DNA from: Lama guanicoe
Lineage: Eukaryota
DNA: 64,000 nt
NCBI GenBank assembly: GCA_013239625.1
Contig: MU054212.1
Coordinates: 1,488,001 to 1,552,000, forward strand
Reading direction: 5' to 3'
The notes under the pieces were generated by a model, which was not told the DNA's origin, did no database searches, and worked only from the letters and a program-made list of their open reading frames with translations. This document shows positions 26,062 through 38,159 of the stretch, in pieces; positions within the stretch are counted from its first letter, which is position 1; each line of letters starts with the position of its first letter. The position numbers and the translations under genes are program-made.

Positions 26062-26292
26062 TTTTATTGAGATGTAATTGGCATGCAACACTGAATAAAT
26101 TTAAGGTGTACAGCATAATGACATACATAGTATTGCAAAATGATTACCATAATAAGTTTAGTTAACATCTGTCACCTCATATAGTTACAAAGTCTTTTTT
26201 TCCTTGTGATGAGTACTTTTAGGATCTACTCTCTTAGCAACTTTCAAATATACCAACACAAAAATGTTATATTAACTATAGCTGTCATATTA
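26062..26292 (-). mobile_element. L1 3' UTR end (L1MA/L1MB-like)
   Basis: ttttattgagatgtaattggca...tttaaggtgtacagcataatg...atctactctcttagcaactttcaaatatac. Confidence 0.85.
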
Positions 26293-26537
26293 TTTTGCTG
26301 GAGAGTTCTGCACAAGGTTTTGGGCTCAAATTTTCAGATAATAATAACATGTTACTTTGCTTTTTTAAAAAAATTACTCTTCTTTTCAACCATGCTGAGT
26401 TATTTTATTTTAGATCTGTCTCTTAGGTACAGTTGAGTGTGGTGCTTTGATTCAGTATGAGAATTTTTTCCATTGATGGCTTTATCTTTCATGTATGGTT
26501 GTTATACTGGTTGTGTTTGTTCTTACTTAATTGGCAT

Positions 26538-26935
26538 TGGTGGTAGATGGTATTACCTGCTCTCAGTTATTCCTCCAGCCCCCTACTTGGCCATACTTCC
26601 TAGTGGGAAGAGTATACTCTTCTTCCTGTCCCTTTAACTTTGGGCTCTGCTGTGGGCTTGCTTTGACCAATGCAGTGTAAATGGAAGGGATAGCGGCCAG
26701 TTTTGAGCAGAGACTTTAAGGAGCCTCTTGAGTGAGATTTGTCTCTCGAGCTTCTATCCCCTTGTATATGAAGCCCCAGACCGTGGTACCTCTTTATCTT
26801 GGGATGCAGAATGAGAGTACAGAAAGTACAGCAGAGCCCAGCTGAGCCCAGCAGAGCTGCAGCTGACCCAGAGACCTGTGAACAAGAAATTCATGTTCGC
26901 TTTGGTATGCCAGGTCTTGGGTTGTGTGTTAACTG
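26538..26935 (+). mobile_element. Old MaLR LTR (MLT1I/J-like)
   Basis: cttgctttgaccaatg...agcagagactttaag...gcagagcccagctgagcccag...aagaaattcatgttcgctttggtatgcca. Confidence 0.65.
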
Positions 26936-27209
26936 CATTTCCTTTCCCTTTCCCCATCCATTCTTTAAATTTGTTTTCTTCCTTCCTTCCGCTTCTATCC
27001 ACCATCACCAAAAAACCATTAGTAGGCCGGAATGAAGTAGACATCCCAAGTGGGCATCAGGGCTTGTGTGCAAGGTAGGGACAGGAGCTGCATAGGGTTA
27101 AGGGTTTGGCAATAAGTCACAGATTGAGAAATATGGTGAAAGTAATGGGAATCAAGTATCTTACTATTGGAAAAAAGAGAACATACATGGAAATAGGGAC
27201 AGCTAGGAT

Positions 27210-27331
27210 TAGGGTTTCCAGATTTAGCAAATAAAAATTCAGGGTACCATTTAGGACATATTTATACTAATTTTTTTTTCATCTGAAATTCAGACTTAAC
27301 TGGACATCCTGTATTTTATTTGTCAACTCTA
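27210..27331. mobile_element. MER53-like MITE with internal deletion
   Basis: tagggtttccagatttagcaaataaaaa...atctgaaattcagacttaactggacatcctgtattttatttgtcaactcta; degenerate 8-bp TSD gctaggat/actagaat. Confidence 0.8.
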
Positions 27332-27554
27332 ACTAGAATAAACCCTGTAATGTTGGATTGGAATTGGAAGAACCAGCTTAAACTCACGGTTTTTAATATA
27401 TGGACATATATAAAGAAATAAATATAGATGTAAATTTGGGGTGTGTGTGTGATGTATACAGACATATATTGTGTGTATATGCAGTACACAATATTGGCCT
27501 TTCTAATAATTAAATCTTCATTTTATCCTTCAAGAAATTTTTTCAGTTTTCAGA

Positions 27555-28010
27555 ACAGTCAGTGTCTAAGCAGGACACAAAAAACATGAGCACTTTAAAC
27601 AGAGGGAATTGAATGCCGGGGATTGGTTACCTGGCTGGTAAAATGCTGAGAAGGCAAATGAGACAGTGAGGCAACCCAGAGATTAGCAACAACAGGAGGC
27701 TGGAGGGTAGAGTGGGGAGGCAGGGTTACTGGAGCCAGTGGCTAGTCACCTGGGGAAGCTAAACACTAGAAGTCATTGTCTAGTGGGAGCCAGAGCCACG
27801 GAGAAAACAGTTGCGACCGGGCTGTCTCCTGAGGCACAGAAGGAGGGGGCAAAGTACCCCAATTTCTTTCTTCTCCTGCCCTTTAATCTCTCAGCAGTGC
27901 CTTCCATTGGCCAAGTCCTACGAGAACAAGCTGTCACAGGGGCCTGGAAAATGCAGCCTAGAGTTGTCAGCCACTCTGGTCAAGACCAGAGCAGGAGCAA
28001 GTGAAGGCCT
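27555..28010 (-). mobile_element. Old LTR (LTR78/LTR79-like)
   Basis: cagtcagtgtctaagcagga...aacagagggaattgaatg...gaggcaacccagagattagcaaca...cagtgccttccattggccaa; related to 31960-32590. Confidence 0.55.
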
Positions 28011-29070
28011 AAGGGCAGCAGGTCAGGATGGCTCAGGTTGTTTTACCCCTTCCACAGAGGTTCTTTCTCTCTCTCTCTGTCTCTCTCTCTCTCTATTATA
28101 CACACATGATATATATAAATATATATTTACATTATTTTTAATCAAAAAAATTTTTAGTAAGTTTCTTCCAAAACTAAATAGCTACAATACACATATACAC
28201 ACACCAGTATACACAGAAGTACACATTTTCAATGTGACATCTGCTTTAATCTGTTGTATTTTATGACTTCCTTGGGAATACTACTGACTTTGATACATTT
28301 ATTTAGTTTGTAATAGTCTTCTTTTTGGATTCTCAAGTAGTCCTGAAATCTTTCAGATTTTTAGTTAATTCCTTTGGGTCACAAGTAGTACTGATTTTTC
28401 ATGATTTCTTCATGATTCTGTGGCCAATCCTGTGAGTCTTTCTGCTCCTGGGAAGTCTTAGGTCACCACAGTCTCGGAAGGAATTCTGTGTTTGGTATCC
28501 CATTGGATCTGGATTCTAGGGCAAGATGTTCCATGCCCTCCAGGCCAGGTGCCTCCAATCTGATGGCTACATCAGTAACAGTTGCAGTGCCACCTCTTTT
28601 ACTGGAGGAACTGTTCTGCCTTGCTTCTAACTCGGGGGTTCTGCTTTAGTAACGCAGCCCATCCTTCTGGAACATCCAGTTCTGTAGTAGTTCTGGGTTT
28701 TACCTGGTGTTTTCCTCTGCACATGTTCATTCCCAGTACTTACCTTATACAATTTCTAGAAGAGTTCTGCAAATATATGTCATATATGCTGCCACTAATC
28801 CTTACTTCCTACTCAGGATTGATGTCATTAACTAAGTTTAATATACTAAGTTGGTTAATTAATTGAGTTGATGAATCAATTACAGTGAATTGATTATGAT
28901 CATTTTGGGATGAGTCTGACCTCAAAATACCTTTTGAAATTCTGCCGGAAGGCTCTGCCAGTGGCTTGTGAAAAGACAACATATTTTCAGCCTGGACTTT
29001 GTGGTGAAGTCCAAACTCCTGATCAGCCTTCAGCAGGCAATGGTTTGGTTACAAGGCAACAAAACCAAGG

Positions 29071-29246
29071 TGTTCTTCAAGAGTGAGACATTGACTGACT
29101 CTATTTTTGCCCCTTTTTTTTCCTTCAGAGGAAATCTTACTAGGGAGCACTGGGCAGTAATGTACTTCAAAGACATTGACTGACTCTATTTTTGCCCCTT
29201 TTTTTTCCTTCAGAGGAAATCTTACTAGGGAGCACTGGGCAGTAAT
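29071..29246 (+). repeat. Two-copy tandem duplication, period 85 bp
   Basis: 29086-29161 is identical to 29171-29246 (76 nt). Confidence 0.97.
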
Positions 29247-29329
29247 AATAATGCTGAAAACAAGACATAAAAGAGAAAAAAACAGAGCTGCTCTAGATAA
29301 AGAAAGGGTGGGATTTAGAGTCCTGGTGG

Positions 29330-29610
29330 AGGCGGTCTTAGGGTGTTCTCCCTGGAGACAGACCCTGAGATGGAGCATTGCATACAGAAGGTTTCTTGGG
29401 GGAGCACTCCTGAGATCTACATCTGCAAAGAAGTGGGCACAGATGATCCTGAGTGAGATCTGGAGAGATATTTGGGTGAGGAGCTCTTCAGAATTGTGCC
29501 AGACCGAAGCAAAGGCTAAGGCTTTATATTTCTACATCAGCTAGTCATTGACTGTGAGCTGTTCCCAGCAGGGGGAGGGGAACCTGGGCAAGGGAGTTCC
29601 CAGTGGGATA
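29330..29610 (-). mobile_element. ERVL LTR (LTR16/LTR33-like), probably belonging to the adjacent provirus
   Basis: agacagaccctgagatggagcattgcatacagaaggtttcttggggg...cagctagtcattgactgtgagctg. Confidence 0.6.
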
Positions 29611-29629
29611 CGATGTCACAAGCTTCACA

Positions 29630-30960
29630 TGGTGTTTTTTTCTTGCCACAGATACTCTACTGGATCATCTGACCCATGTGGCACTGCTGGTTGCATATGC
29701 ATAATAATAATTTAAAGAGGTATAAAGTGCAATAATTTATCTTTTACTTTGGAAGAGATTTTCCAATATGCTCTAGTCTGCTTGATGCCTAAAAACTTTT
29801 CACTGATAGAGTGTGTTCCTGAATATTCTGAGGGCTTATCTTCTGCTTTTGGAGCTCAGTCTCTTACCAGGATACTCCAAAGCACCTGCCACTTTCTACA
29901 AATCCAGTTGATTAACATGATGTTATTGATATTGTGGACCAATGTGATATTCTGGGAAGTCTCCAGAATGTTGAAGTCCCTTTGGACTATATTATGAAAG
30001 AGGCCCTGGGGAATTAACAGAGGATTAACAAGGCCCTGGGAGAAGACAATAACTCTTCACTGTCATCCAGCCCATGTGAATATGAATTGCTTCTGATCCT
30101 TCTTTCTGATAGAGATGGAAAGAAAAGTTAGCCAGCTTAATTGCTGTGGCTATGCTGAAGGTTGTGGTAAAGATACTACATCTGCCACAGCAGCTGCAAT
30201 TGAGACTTCTACCTCGTTAAGTCTGTGGTAATCTGGGTGCCAAAGCAGCCCTATACTGGCCTGTGGTTACATTTTCAGGAGCCTTGTGAGCTGGTTTGTT
30301 AAGCCTATTGTGGGAGCATTATTCCGTGGAAATTGGCAAAGGCTACAAAGCAAACCTCCCCTCAGACTCCTGGAGAGCCAGTTGTTAAACATTTACCAGC
30401 ACACCACTGGTGGCAGTCCACTGTCCTCCACCGTGATCAATACAGTTTTTGTACGGGTTAGAGTGGTAAATCAAGTGGGAATATTATGGCAGTCACCATT
30501 CCTGCGTTCTTTACCATTTTGATGATGGTACTAATTTTTTCCATTCCCCTTGGGATATGGTATTGTTTTATATTTGCTATCTTGGATGGGGAGCAGTGGG
30601 GACATCTTAGAGGCTTCCACTTGGCTTTCCCCACTAAAGTAGCTCTCATCCCAAAGATTAAGAACCTGATGTAAGAATTCTGTCACTTACCATGTATGTC
30701 CATCCCAATTATATATTTGGGTAAGGGAAATGATCACTGGATGGGTCTGTGGACCCAGCGGACCCATATTGAACTGGACCTGGGCCATGATTGGATTCCA
30801 TATTCCTCAACTAAAATGGAGGGCACAGTAGTGCTTTGTGTCCCTGGGAATCAAAGTCAACTCAGACCCTGGGTCCAAGAATCTTGTAAGTTCCCATTCT
30901 TCCACTGGATGGTGACCTGAGTAAGTAAATGACTGTAGGTCACTCTGGGGAAGCACTGGG
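29630..30960 (-). pseudogene. pol: Decayed ERVL pro/pol (reverse transcriptase) region
   Basis: Minus-strand translations RATLVGKAKWKPL..KIANIKQYHIPRGMEKISTIIK (ORF 30458-30649), DYHRLNEVEVSIAAAVADV, DQKQFIFTW and QNITLVHNINNIMLI (decayed YIDD motif) match ERVL Pol; many stops and frameshifts. Confidence 0.9.
30233..30409. mobile_element. MER63A-like hAT MITE inserted in ERVL pol
   Basis: gtgggagcattattccgtggaaattggcaaaggctacaaa...gagagccagttgttaaacatttaccagcacaccactg. Confidence 0.8.
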
Positions 30961-31959
30961 AGAATTGTTACTGAAAATGCTTGCTGTGGTTTTCCAGTGT
31001 CTTTTTTTGTGGGGACCTGACTTCTCTCTCAGTTGTTCTGGAAACGAGAACTGGCTCAGGTCCAGAAGCCTGGCAAGCGATCATGACATTTTATTTGGGC
31101 AGCTGCCTGCAGACTCTTGATCATCCATTCTTGATTTCTTTTAGTTGGATAATTTGTGCAATACCCTTGCTGGCTGCTCATCAGTCTTGCCCCTAGGAAC
31201 ATCATGTTCTATTTACCATCTCCATAGCTCTCCGAGTGTCCCTGGGTGCTACTCTGACCTTGATTTCATTGTGATAATTTGCTCACCTTGCTTCAGATGG
31301 TGAGGTGCTGCCACTAGTCCTCTGTTATTTCAAGGTTCCTGTTGCTTTCTGTGAGCTCAGTTCTGTAGTGATGTTTCCTCTCAGCCTTGGTCACAGAGGA
31401 GAGCCACCACTAAGCTTCTCAACAATGTGGGTACCCTCTCACGAGCGCATTCTTCCCTCTTTGGTAAAAGGGTGTCCTCTAGGCCCTCCTGGTGTAGTGG
31501 GGTTTCCAGACTTACCTAGTAAATCCTCTCTAGTGTACTCATTTCTCTGAGCCTTGGGGTCCTTTTCCAGACCATTTGCCGTATCAGTTTTCGTGTTTCT
31601 AATTCATTGGGCCATTCACATGGGTCATCACATTTTCCAAGCTCTTAAGAGCCATCCTAGCAGTGTGGTATTTGCCTAGATTGGCATACAATGGGAAAGT
31701 ATGCCATGATAATAAATTCTTCTTTATCCAACCTTAAGTTCCAAGCCCCCCACCTCCCAGAATTCATTCCCACATAAACCTTCCCCACTCCTGCAAGCAT
31801 ACATTGGGCAGAGATCTTGCAGCTCCTTTGGAGGATAGTTCATTTTCTCCACTAGCTGACTCACCACATGCAAATTAGGATGTGCTGAGATTTAACTTTG
31901 TTATCTGTCTGGTTCTCAGGAAGGGCAGTGGGGGCAAGCATTATCCTTTAAGGCATGGC

Positions 31960-32590
31960 ATCAATCAGGGTCCAGTCAGGAGGCAGAAACCACACAAGTA
32001 ATTTCAACAGAAAATTTAATCTAAAGAATCATTCATTAGTAAGAGATATTTAACAAAATATCTTTTTCCTACAAAAAGGACTAAAAGAGGACTCCAAGAA
32101 TTCAGAAATAGCATATATGGAAAGCAGCTACTACTGCTAGGGCTGGGGGAACATGAAAAAGGAAAGGGACTAAGAACCGAGAATAGACATCTCCTCTGTC
32201 TTCTTCCTGCAAGGCTGAGATGTGGACCTCGTTGGAAAGAGCATAGCTGCCATGGGAACACACAGTATGCTCGTGGTGAAGACACTAGAAGGCACAGCTG
32301 GAGCTGGTCTATAGGGAGCACCCTGCTGGGTGGGGGAGAGGACTGCTGGAGGGTGCAGATAAGGAGGCTGGAGTTGGTCCATAATGGCTGGTGAGGTACC
32401 CACAGGCCTGCATGCTGATCTTTTGGCAGTCAAGCCAAAGAAAAATGGCGCAGTGGAACCAGTAAGAGAAGCCCCTTCCTGTGGCTATGGTTCTGCAGTG
32501 GCACTCCAGTGCCCTCTATTGACAAAACTGTTGCATCACGTGAAATGGAAGAAATGGTTACAAGGTCTAACTCCAGGGTCACAAAGCATG
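31960..32590 (-). mobile_element. Old LTR (LTR78-like) nested in ERVL
   Basis: atcaatcagggtccagtcaggaggcagaaaccacac...aacagaaaatttaat...cagtgccctctattgacaaa. Confidence 0.6.
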
Positions 32591-33098
32591 ACTTCTATTC
32601 TTTGTAAGACCAGCTTAAAGGTTGGCCCTTGACTGGCATCTGGGAACTTGGATTTGGGAGGGTTCCCATTATTCCCAGAACTGAGAAGGGTAACTCACTG
32701 TGCCTCCACTGTACAGAAAATATGGTTTATACTGAACACTTGCCTTTACTCTGGGAATCTGGAATGTTGGCCTGTGTCAGGCAGAGGCTGCCTACATGAT
32801 CAGCCACCAATAAAATCTCTGGGCACTGAGGCTCTGATGAGCTTCCCAGATAGGTAACATTCCACATGCGTTGTCATACTTATTGATCAAAGAATTAGGT
32901 GCATTCTGCTCAGGGAAGGAAGACCTTGTACTTGGTTCCCTCTGGACTTCACTTCATGTGCCTTTTCCCTTTGCTGGTTTTGCTTTGTATCCTTGTGCTG
33001 TAATAAACCTTAACTGTGAGTCTGGCAATATGCTGAGACCTGTGAGTTCTTGTAGTGAATTATCAAACATAAGGGTGGCCTTGGGGAGCCCTGACACA
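32590..33098 (+). mobile_element. MER68-like ERVL LTR
   Basis: aaggttggcccttgactggcatctgggaacttggatttgggagggttccca...ccttttccctttgctggttttgctttgtatcc...gtaataaa...ccctgacaca. Confidence 0.85.
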
Positions 33099-33615
33099 CT
33101 AATATAGACACCTGCTTCATTTGAGGCCTCTGAATGATCTTCAAGTAACTTGGGGTGTATTGTCGCTAACAAAATGTGGTGGGCCTCTTTAGTATGCACA
33201 GAGGACTCAGGGAATCTGGGAGCTAAAAATTCTCAACTGCATTACTCGAAGATGCCCATTCCAAGTGTCAAGTTCTGGTGTTTTCCTTGTTAGGGCCCTG
33301 ATCTCAGCAGAGGAAACTTTCCATAAGGAGAATTTAACTTTCTCTAAAGCTCTGCTACTCTTGTTATTAAGTTCTGAGCCTGGCCATTCTTATTTCCTGT
33401 CCACTGGCTATAAGAGATCAGCATTTTCTTAAATATTGCCCGAGAAGGCCCTTGGGTTCCCACAGGTTTGCTTGAATTGTTGAATGATTATCCTGAGCTT
33501 GTCATAATCTTTCTTCAATAAATCAAAGACCCTCAGCAACAGCTACTTAATTCCCTTTGTTTAACATATCTCTCATATTTCTCAAGGGCCAGAGATAGTG
33601 CACTGGCCAGTGCAT

Positions 33616-34027
33616 TGTGAAAGGAAAATCAAAACGGAGTTGGTATTATTAAGAGAGCTGTCTACAGTGGAGCTGGGAGGCCATCATGGAAGTGTGACTT
33701 ATCCACATCTCAGGGGGGTAGGGAATCTGAACTTTGACCACTTCTTGTCTTAACATCTGCCCAACGTTCCAGAAACTCAAGATACTTATAGAACCCTTAC
33801 CCTAAAATAACTTGTGACAGCGTATCTCTTAAAGACAAATATATGTCCTTTCTTGTGTCAGAGTCAGTCATGATTTTTGAATAACCCTGTAATGCTTGCC
33901 TTTATAAGCCCCTGACTCTTTCTTCCCTGGAGCATTCTTTTGGTCTTATCTGAATCTATGTCTCCTGAATTGCAATTCTTAAGACTCCCAATAAAGTTCT
34001 TTGTTCTTTGTAGATTATGTTTTGATA
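33616..34027 (+). mobile_element. ERV1-class solo LTR nested in ERVL
   Basis: Starts tgtgaaagg; tttataag TATA-like box (~33901) and aataaa (~33990); 4-bp TSD GCAT at 33612-33615 and 34028-34031; terminal CA appears as TA. Confidence 0.75.
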
Positions 34028-34179
34028 GCATCCACTACCACTAGTGAAATGCTAATTGCACCACCGAAGGATGCCAGGGCCTATCTCTTCTCCCCCCATC
34101 TCTGGGGTGGGGTCCTCATTCTCATCCCCTTGGTTGATCCAGCTGTTCTGTCTCTAACATCCCTATTACTTACTACTAT

Positions 34180-34440
34180 GATGACTACAGTTTAATTGTA
34201 CATGTATAACACTTTTTGGAGGTTATCATGTGACTGCACATAAAGGGTTTCCTGTATTTCTGAAACCATCCTGCAGTTTGGCAGTAGAGTTGCTGTTATC
34301 AACATTCTCATCTGAGGAAATGAAGCCTCCGAGGGATCACTGCCTAGTGTCAAGATTCTACTAAGTGGAAGAGTCAGAGAAGGTAAACTCAGATTTTTGT
34401 AACTCCAAGTCCTCTCTTTCTTTTCTACCACATTGTGCTG
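34180..34440 (-). mobile_element. MIR SINE
   Basis: gttatcaacattctcatctgaggaaatgaagcctccgaggga...tgcctagtgtca...ttctaccacattgtgctg. Confidence 0.7.
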
Positions 34441-36427
34441 CTTCTCCAAAGAACTGAGCATTTTAGCTCCCATAGTAGGTGAGAAATATGCTTGGTTTGC
34501 ATTTTCTTATTCAAATTTGCGTGATCACCTTAGTATTGATATGGCTTATGGCAAACTCTATACTTTTGACCTAAAACAATCGAGAGCATATGAGAGTGGT
34601 GTTCACTAACCTTTAATGTTTCAACAATTCCCTTGGGGGATCTTAAAGATTAAAATGCACATTCTGTTTCAGGGAGTCTGTATTTCCGACGAGCTGATGC
34701 TCCTGGTTTTCTACACAGAGCAACTGGGCTCTTGGTAGTTCTTAAGGGATTAAAGTAAATGGAATATAGGAATATAGATGTATCTTCATTTTCAACTTTT
34801 TAATTAGGTAAAATGAAAAACATTTCTCCATGTCAATTCAACCCATAAACACTCTTGTTAAAAATGTAACAAAAAATAAAGCTGCAAAAATGATTAGAAT
34901 TTAACCAGCTATAAAATAAAAATAACGATTTCTAACAGCTCTGTTTAGGCATTTGATTAGCAAAGCTCATAAACAGTGAGTCAGATAGATGCCTGTCTAC
35001 ACCAGAACGGCCTTCCAGTTTTGCAAGGACAAATCAAAAGACACAGGTTGATTTTGACTGATCTGTGGAGACTGGAGTAAATGATCTTGGGGTGTCATAG
35101 CTGTACTGGGTGATGTTTGCAAGACCCAGCCCCAGATTATTAATAATGTTCAAGTTGACCTCAAGGAGCCCTCTGGCTGTCTGTGATAAAAGTTAGAAAT
35201 CTCTCAGAATGACACTCTGCTGAATGCCCTTAACCTTACACCCCAAACATTTTCTAGTTTGTGCTTCTAAGCTCTGCTGCAGTGCAGTAGAGAACTTGTC
35301 TACTCTTCAGTCCTGTCCTCTTTCCTTGAAGGTATCTAGCCATGTGGCCAGCGTTTGGCTTGTGCTCCCATGGTCCCTAGACTTTCCTCAGGCTGCAGGG
35401 TAAGGGCAAGGAATGGGGACTGGAGCAGGGCATGGCCACCAGAGGTCATTCCCAAGGTCAAAAACTGGGGTAAGTGTGACAAAAATCTAAAATGGTGACA
35501 ATCTTGGAAACAGGAATTGGTTCTTAATCCTGGGACATTTGGTGGCCTTAGCTCAACCTCTCCCTCTGGCTTTTTCAAGAAAAAGAAAAAAGGAAAAGAA
35601 AAGAAAAAAAAGACTCAAAAGGCAATTCAATTCAATACCCTCCTCTTCTTACTCTTTGTACCAAACTACACAGCCAGCCTTTTGCAGAGTCCTTTTCTTG
35701 ACTGCCTTGGTATTCATATGACAAAATATTACCACTCAGAATTTTGGAAGTTTCATTTCCCTCCCCTCCTTTTTCACATTTTTAAATGGCCCCACAAAGG
35801 TTTGGGCTAGAGGTATTTTTCCCTATTCAAAACAGACTTTTCCCTTCAAGAAGCAACGCTCCAAGGTTGACAAGTCAATGTATTTATTTATTTGTCTACC
35901 CATCCATCCATTTATTTATTTATTTGTTGTATAAGGTAATAGCTTATGGTACTTACCCAGAGCCAGCTGTTTGCAGGATGCCGAGAGCAGGTGGTCTGGG
36001 AGGCCTCTGATGAATTGCAAAAGACACTCACCAGCTGCCGACACTGTGTGTAATGAGCAAACCTGCAAAAATCTTTATTTTCAATTGGATTGTACCTTTA
36101 AGTAAGCAAGGGAGACAGCCAGTATAACTACAGACCATGACCAACAACCCACATAAACAGTGTGCAAACACAAGTGATTAATGTACCAGTATTTCAAAAC
36201 ATCTAAAGCTAATGAGTCAGATTTACTAGGGTGCACAAAAGAGGGGGAGAGGGGGTGGGGGAGGAGGGAACAACTTAATGGGCCTTAATGGCTTTGAGCT
36301 GAAGCCCAAGAATTCTCCTGCCTTCCGTCCACTGTGCCATCGAGCTGGTAAACAAACACCCTGCTGGCCCATGAAGGCCATTTTCTTTCTGGCCATTCGG
36401 GGGGTAGGGGGGAATGTGTTCCAGTTT

Positions 36428-36782
36428 TAAGATAGAGTCAGGCGGGGGCGAGCTGGTGACCACTGCACCCTCCAGTGATCTCTGATGATATGCGGGGATA
36501 ATGGGTTACAAAGACAGACATTAATAAGGTAAGATAAGAGGGGGGAGGTTTATTAATTTTTCAAGTAAGTTAGCGTGCCCCAGGGCATGGTAAAAGTGTA
36601 AAGAATCTGGTGAGCGATGAGGGGCTCGGCTGATTAATGCAAGTCAGCTGTCCTCTGAGGGCCATAGCAATAATGATGAGATTATGGAAGAACCTACTGA
36701 AGACAAATGAGATGCATGTGGAATAAAAACGAAATGTCCTGGTTACTCTTTGGGAGTGCATGGTGGATTTTTATGAAGGAAG
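36428..36782. promoter_or_regulatory. Putative conserved non-coding element, copy B module 1
   Basis: Homologous to 19903-20262; core 36630-36688 vs 20106-20164 is 54/59 identical. Confidence 0.6.
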
Positions 36783-37404
36783 GGCAGAGGTACAAACAAT
36801 GGCCAGAGGAGGTGCCAGGGCAGGGAGTGGGCTTGTTCTGTGCCAGTGCTTCCAGCAGGGGATTTCAGGAGTTCTGGGCCTGCCTGGGAGAAGGGTTGAA
36901 AAGGAAGCGCATCCCAGAAACCCTTTCCACACAGGCAGAGGGAGCAGGGTTCGGTGCCTCCATGCTGTGCCTGTGGCCTCTCGCCTTGCCTGCCTTTGCT
37001 GCCTGCACAGCTCTCTCCTTCCATGCTACCATTTCCTCCACGATGTGCCAGGAGCTGGGCTTCCTCCATCGGTCAAACTGCCCCCCAACCTACTTTGGCT
37101 GCTGACCCATGAGTTTGGCACTGGAGAAAAAGAAGTTGGAATTGTTTTCTTTTCCTATTCGTAATTGCTCAGTAGGTTGTATATTATCTCTTTCTCCACA
37201 CTTGTTTTCTTGCTTGTGTACTTCTCTTCCCTCAGATGCCTCCCTGGATGCCTCTCAGTCTGTGTCTTTCAATTGAGGGAAAGGGAGGGCAGGCAGCATC
37301 CCCACCTAGCCCTTGCCTTCTACACCAGTGTGCAAAGATTGATGGCGGTGACTCTCGAACTTTGAAGTTTAGAATGATTTGATGAGCTTGCTCTAAAGGC
37401 ACCT

Positions 37405-37517
37405 TCAGGTCCTAACCTCCAAAGAGTTCAGATTAGGTCCCAAGGAATCTGCCTTTTTAACAAGCGCCTCATAAGTGGTTCTCTGCTAGTGGTCATCAGA
37501 CGATAGTTTGATAAACG
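37405..37517. mobile_element. MER5-like hAT MITE fragment
   Basis: ggtcccaaggaatctgcctttttaacaagcgcctcataagtggttct...agtttgataaac. Confidence 0.65.
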
Positions 37518-37864
37518 TAATGAAAGTGTGTGAGATTGACTTAAGGTTGTCTCTGATAGGCTCTCTGTATGTCTAAGTGCCTAAAATTCACTGTGGTTGA
37601 TTCACTCCTTTATATTGGTTCACTAAGACTTGAGGAGTTTAGGGTAAAGTGGGTAAAATGCAACCCCCCCACATGCCTCCTAACAGGCAGGGTAACCCCT
37701 TAAATCATTTTTAGATATGAGCATCTTAGTGTGAGTCTTTTTTTTCAGGTTAGAGTGGTGGCATCGAGTTTGAAAGGAGACAGGGCAGCAGAGAACATGC
37801 CGGAAAAGCAAGAACTTTTGGGGGGGTGCCAAGAGAAAAGGTATGTGGAGGTGGTGGGTTAAGC

Positions 37865-38159
37865 CAGTGGTCCTCAACTTTTTTTGGGGTAGCAAAGCAT
37901 TTATTTTCAAATGAAATCTAAATGGAAACTCAAATATAGAACGCCAATTAAATGATAATTTATTAATACACATTTGCTTTACTTCAAATTTATAAGTTAT
38001 CTTTAAAAAATCAGTAAAATTATAAAAATGAAGATATTTGAATGAATGAAAATATTAGAATTGGAGGCTGCAGATAATAGTTCCAGCCTTAGGTCAGCTT
38101 CTGGGATCAAGAAATTTGCTATGATTAATAGTTGTAAATTACAAGTTTGTTGACCACTG
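37865..38159. mobile_element. hAT-Charlie-type non-autonomous element
   Basis: Terminal inverted repeats cagtggtc...gaccactg; 5' cagtggtcctcaactttttt. Confidence 0.5.

Larger units (their letters stand above)
30960..34135 (-). mobile_element. ERVL internal (gag/leader) remnants interrupted by three LTRs
   Basis: Contiguous with pol; gag-like antisense blocks (ataaattcttctttatccaacctt, gcagctcctttgg, agagatagtgcactggccagtgcat). Confidence 0.6.

Noticed and set aside
29049..29544. ORFs showing repeated peptides
   Set aside because: An artefact of the 85-bp tandem duplication and the adjacent LTR. Not a CRISPR array: only two units, in mammalian DNA.
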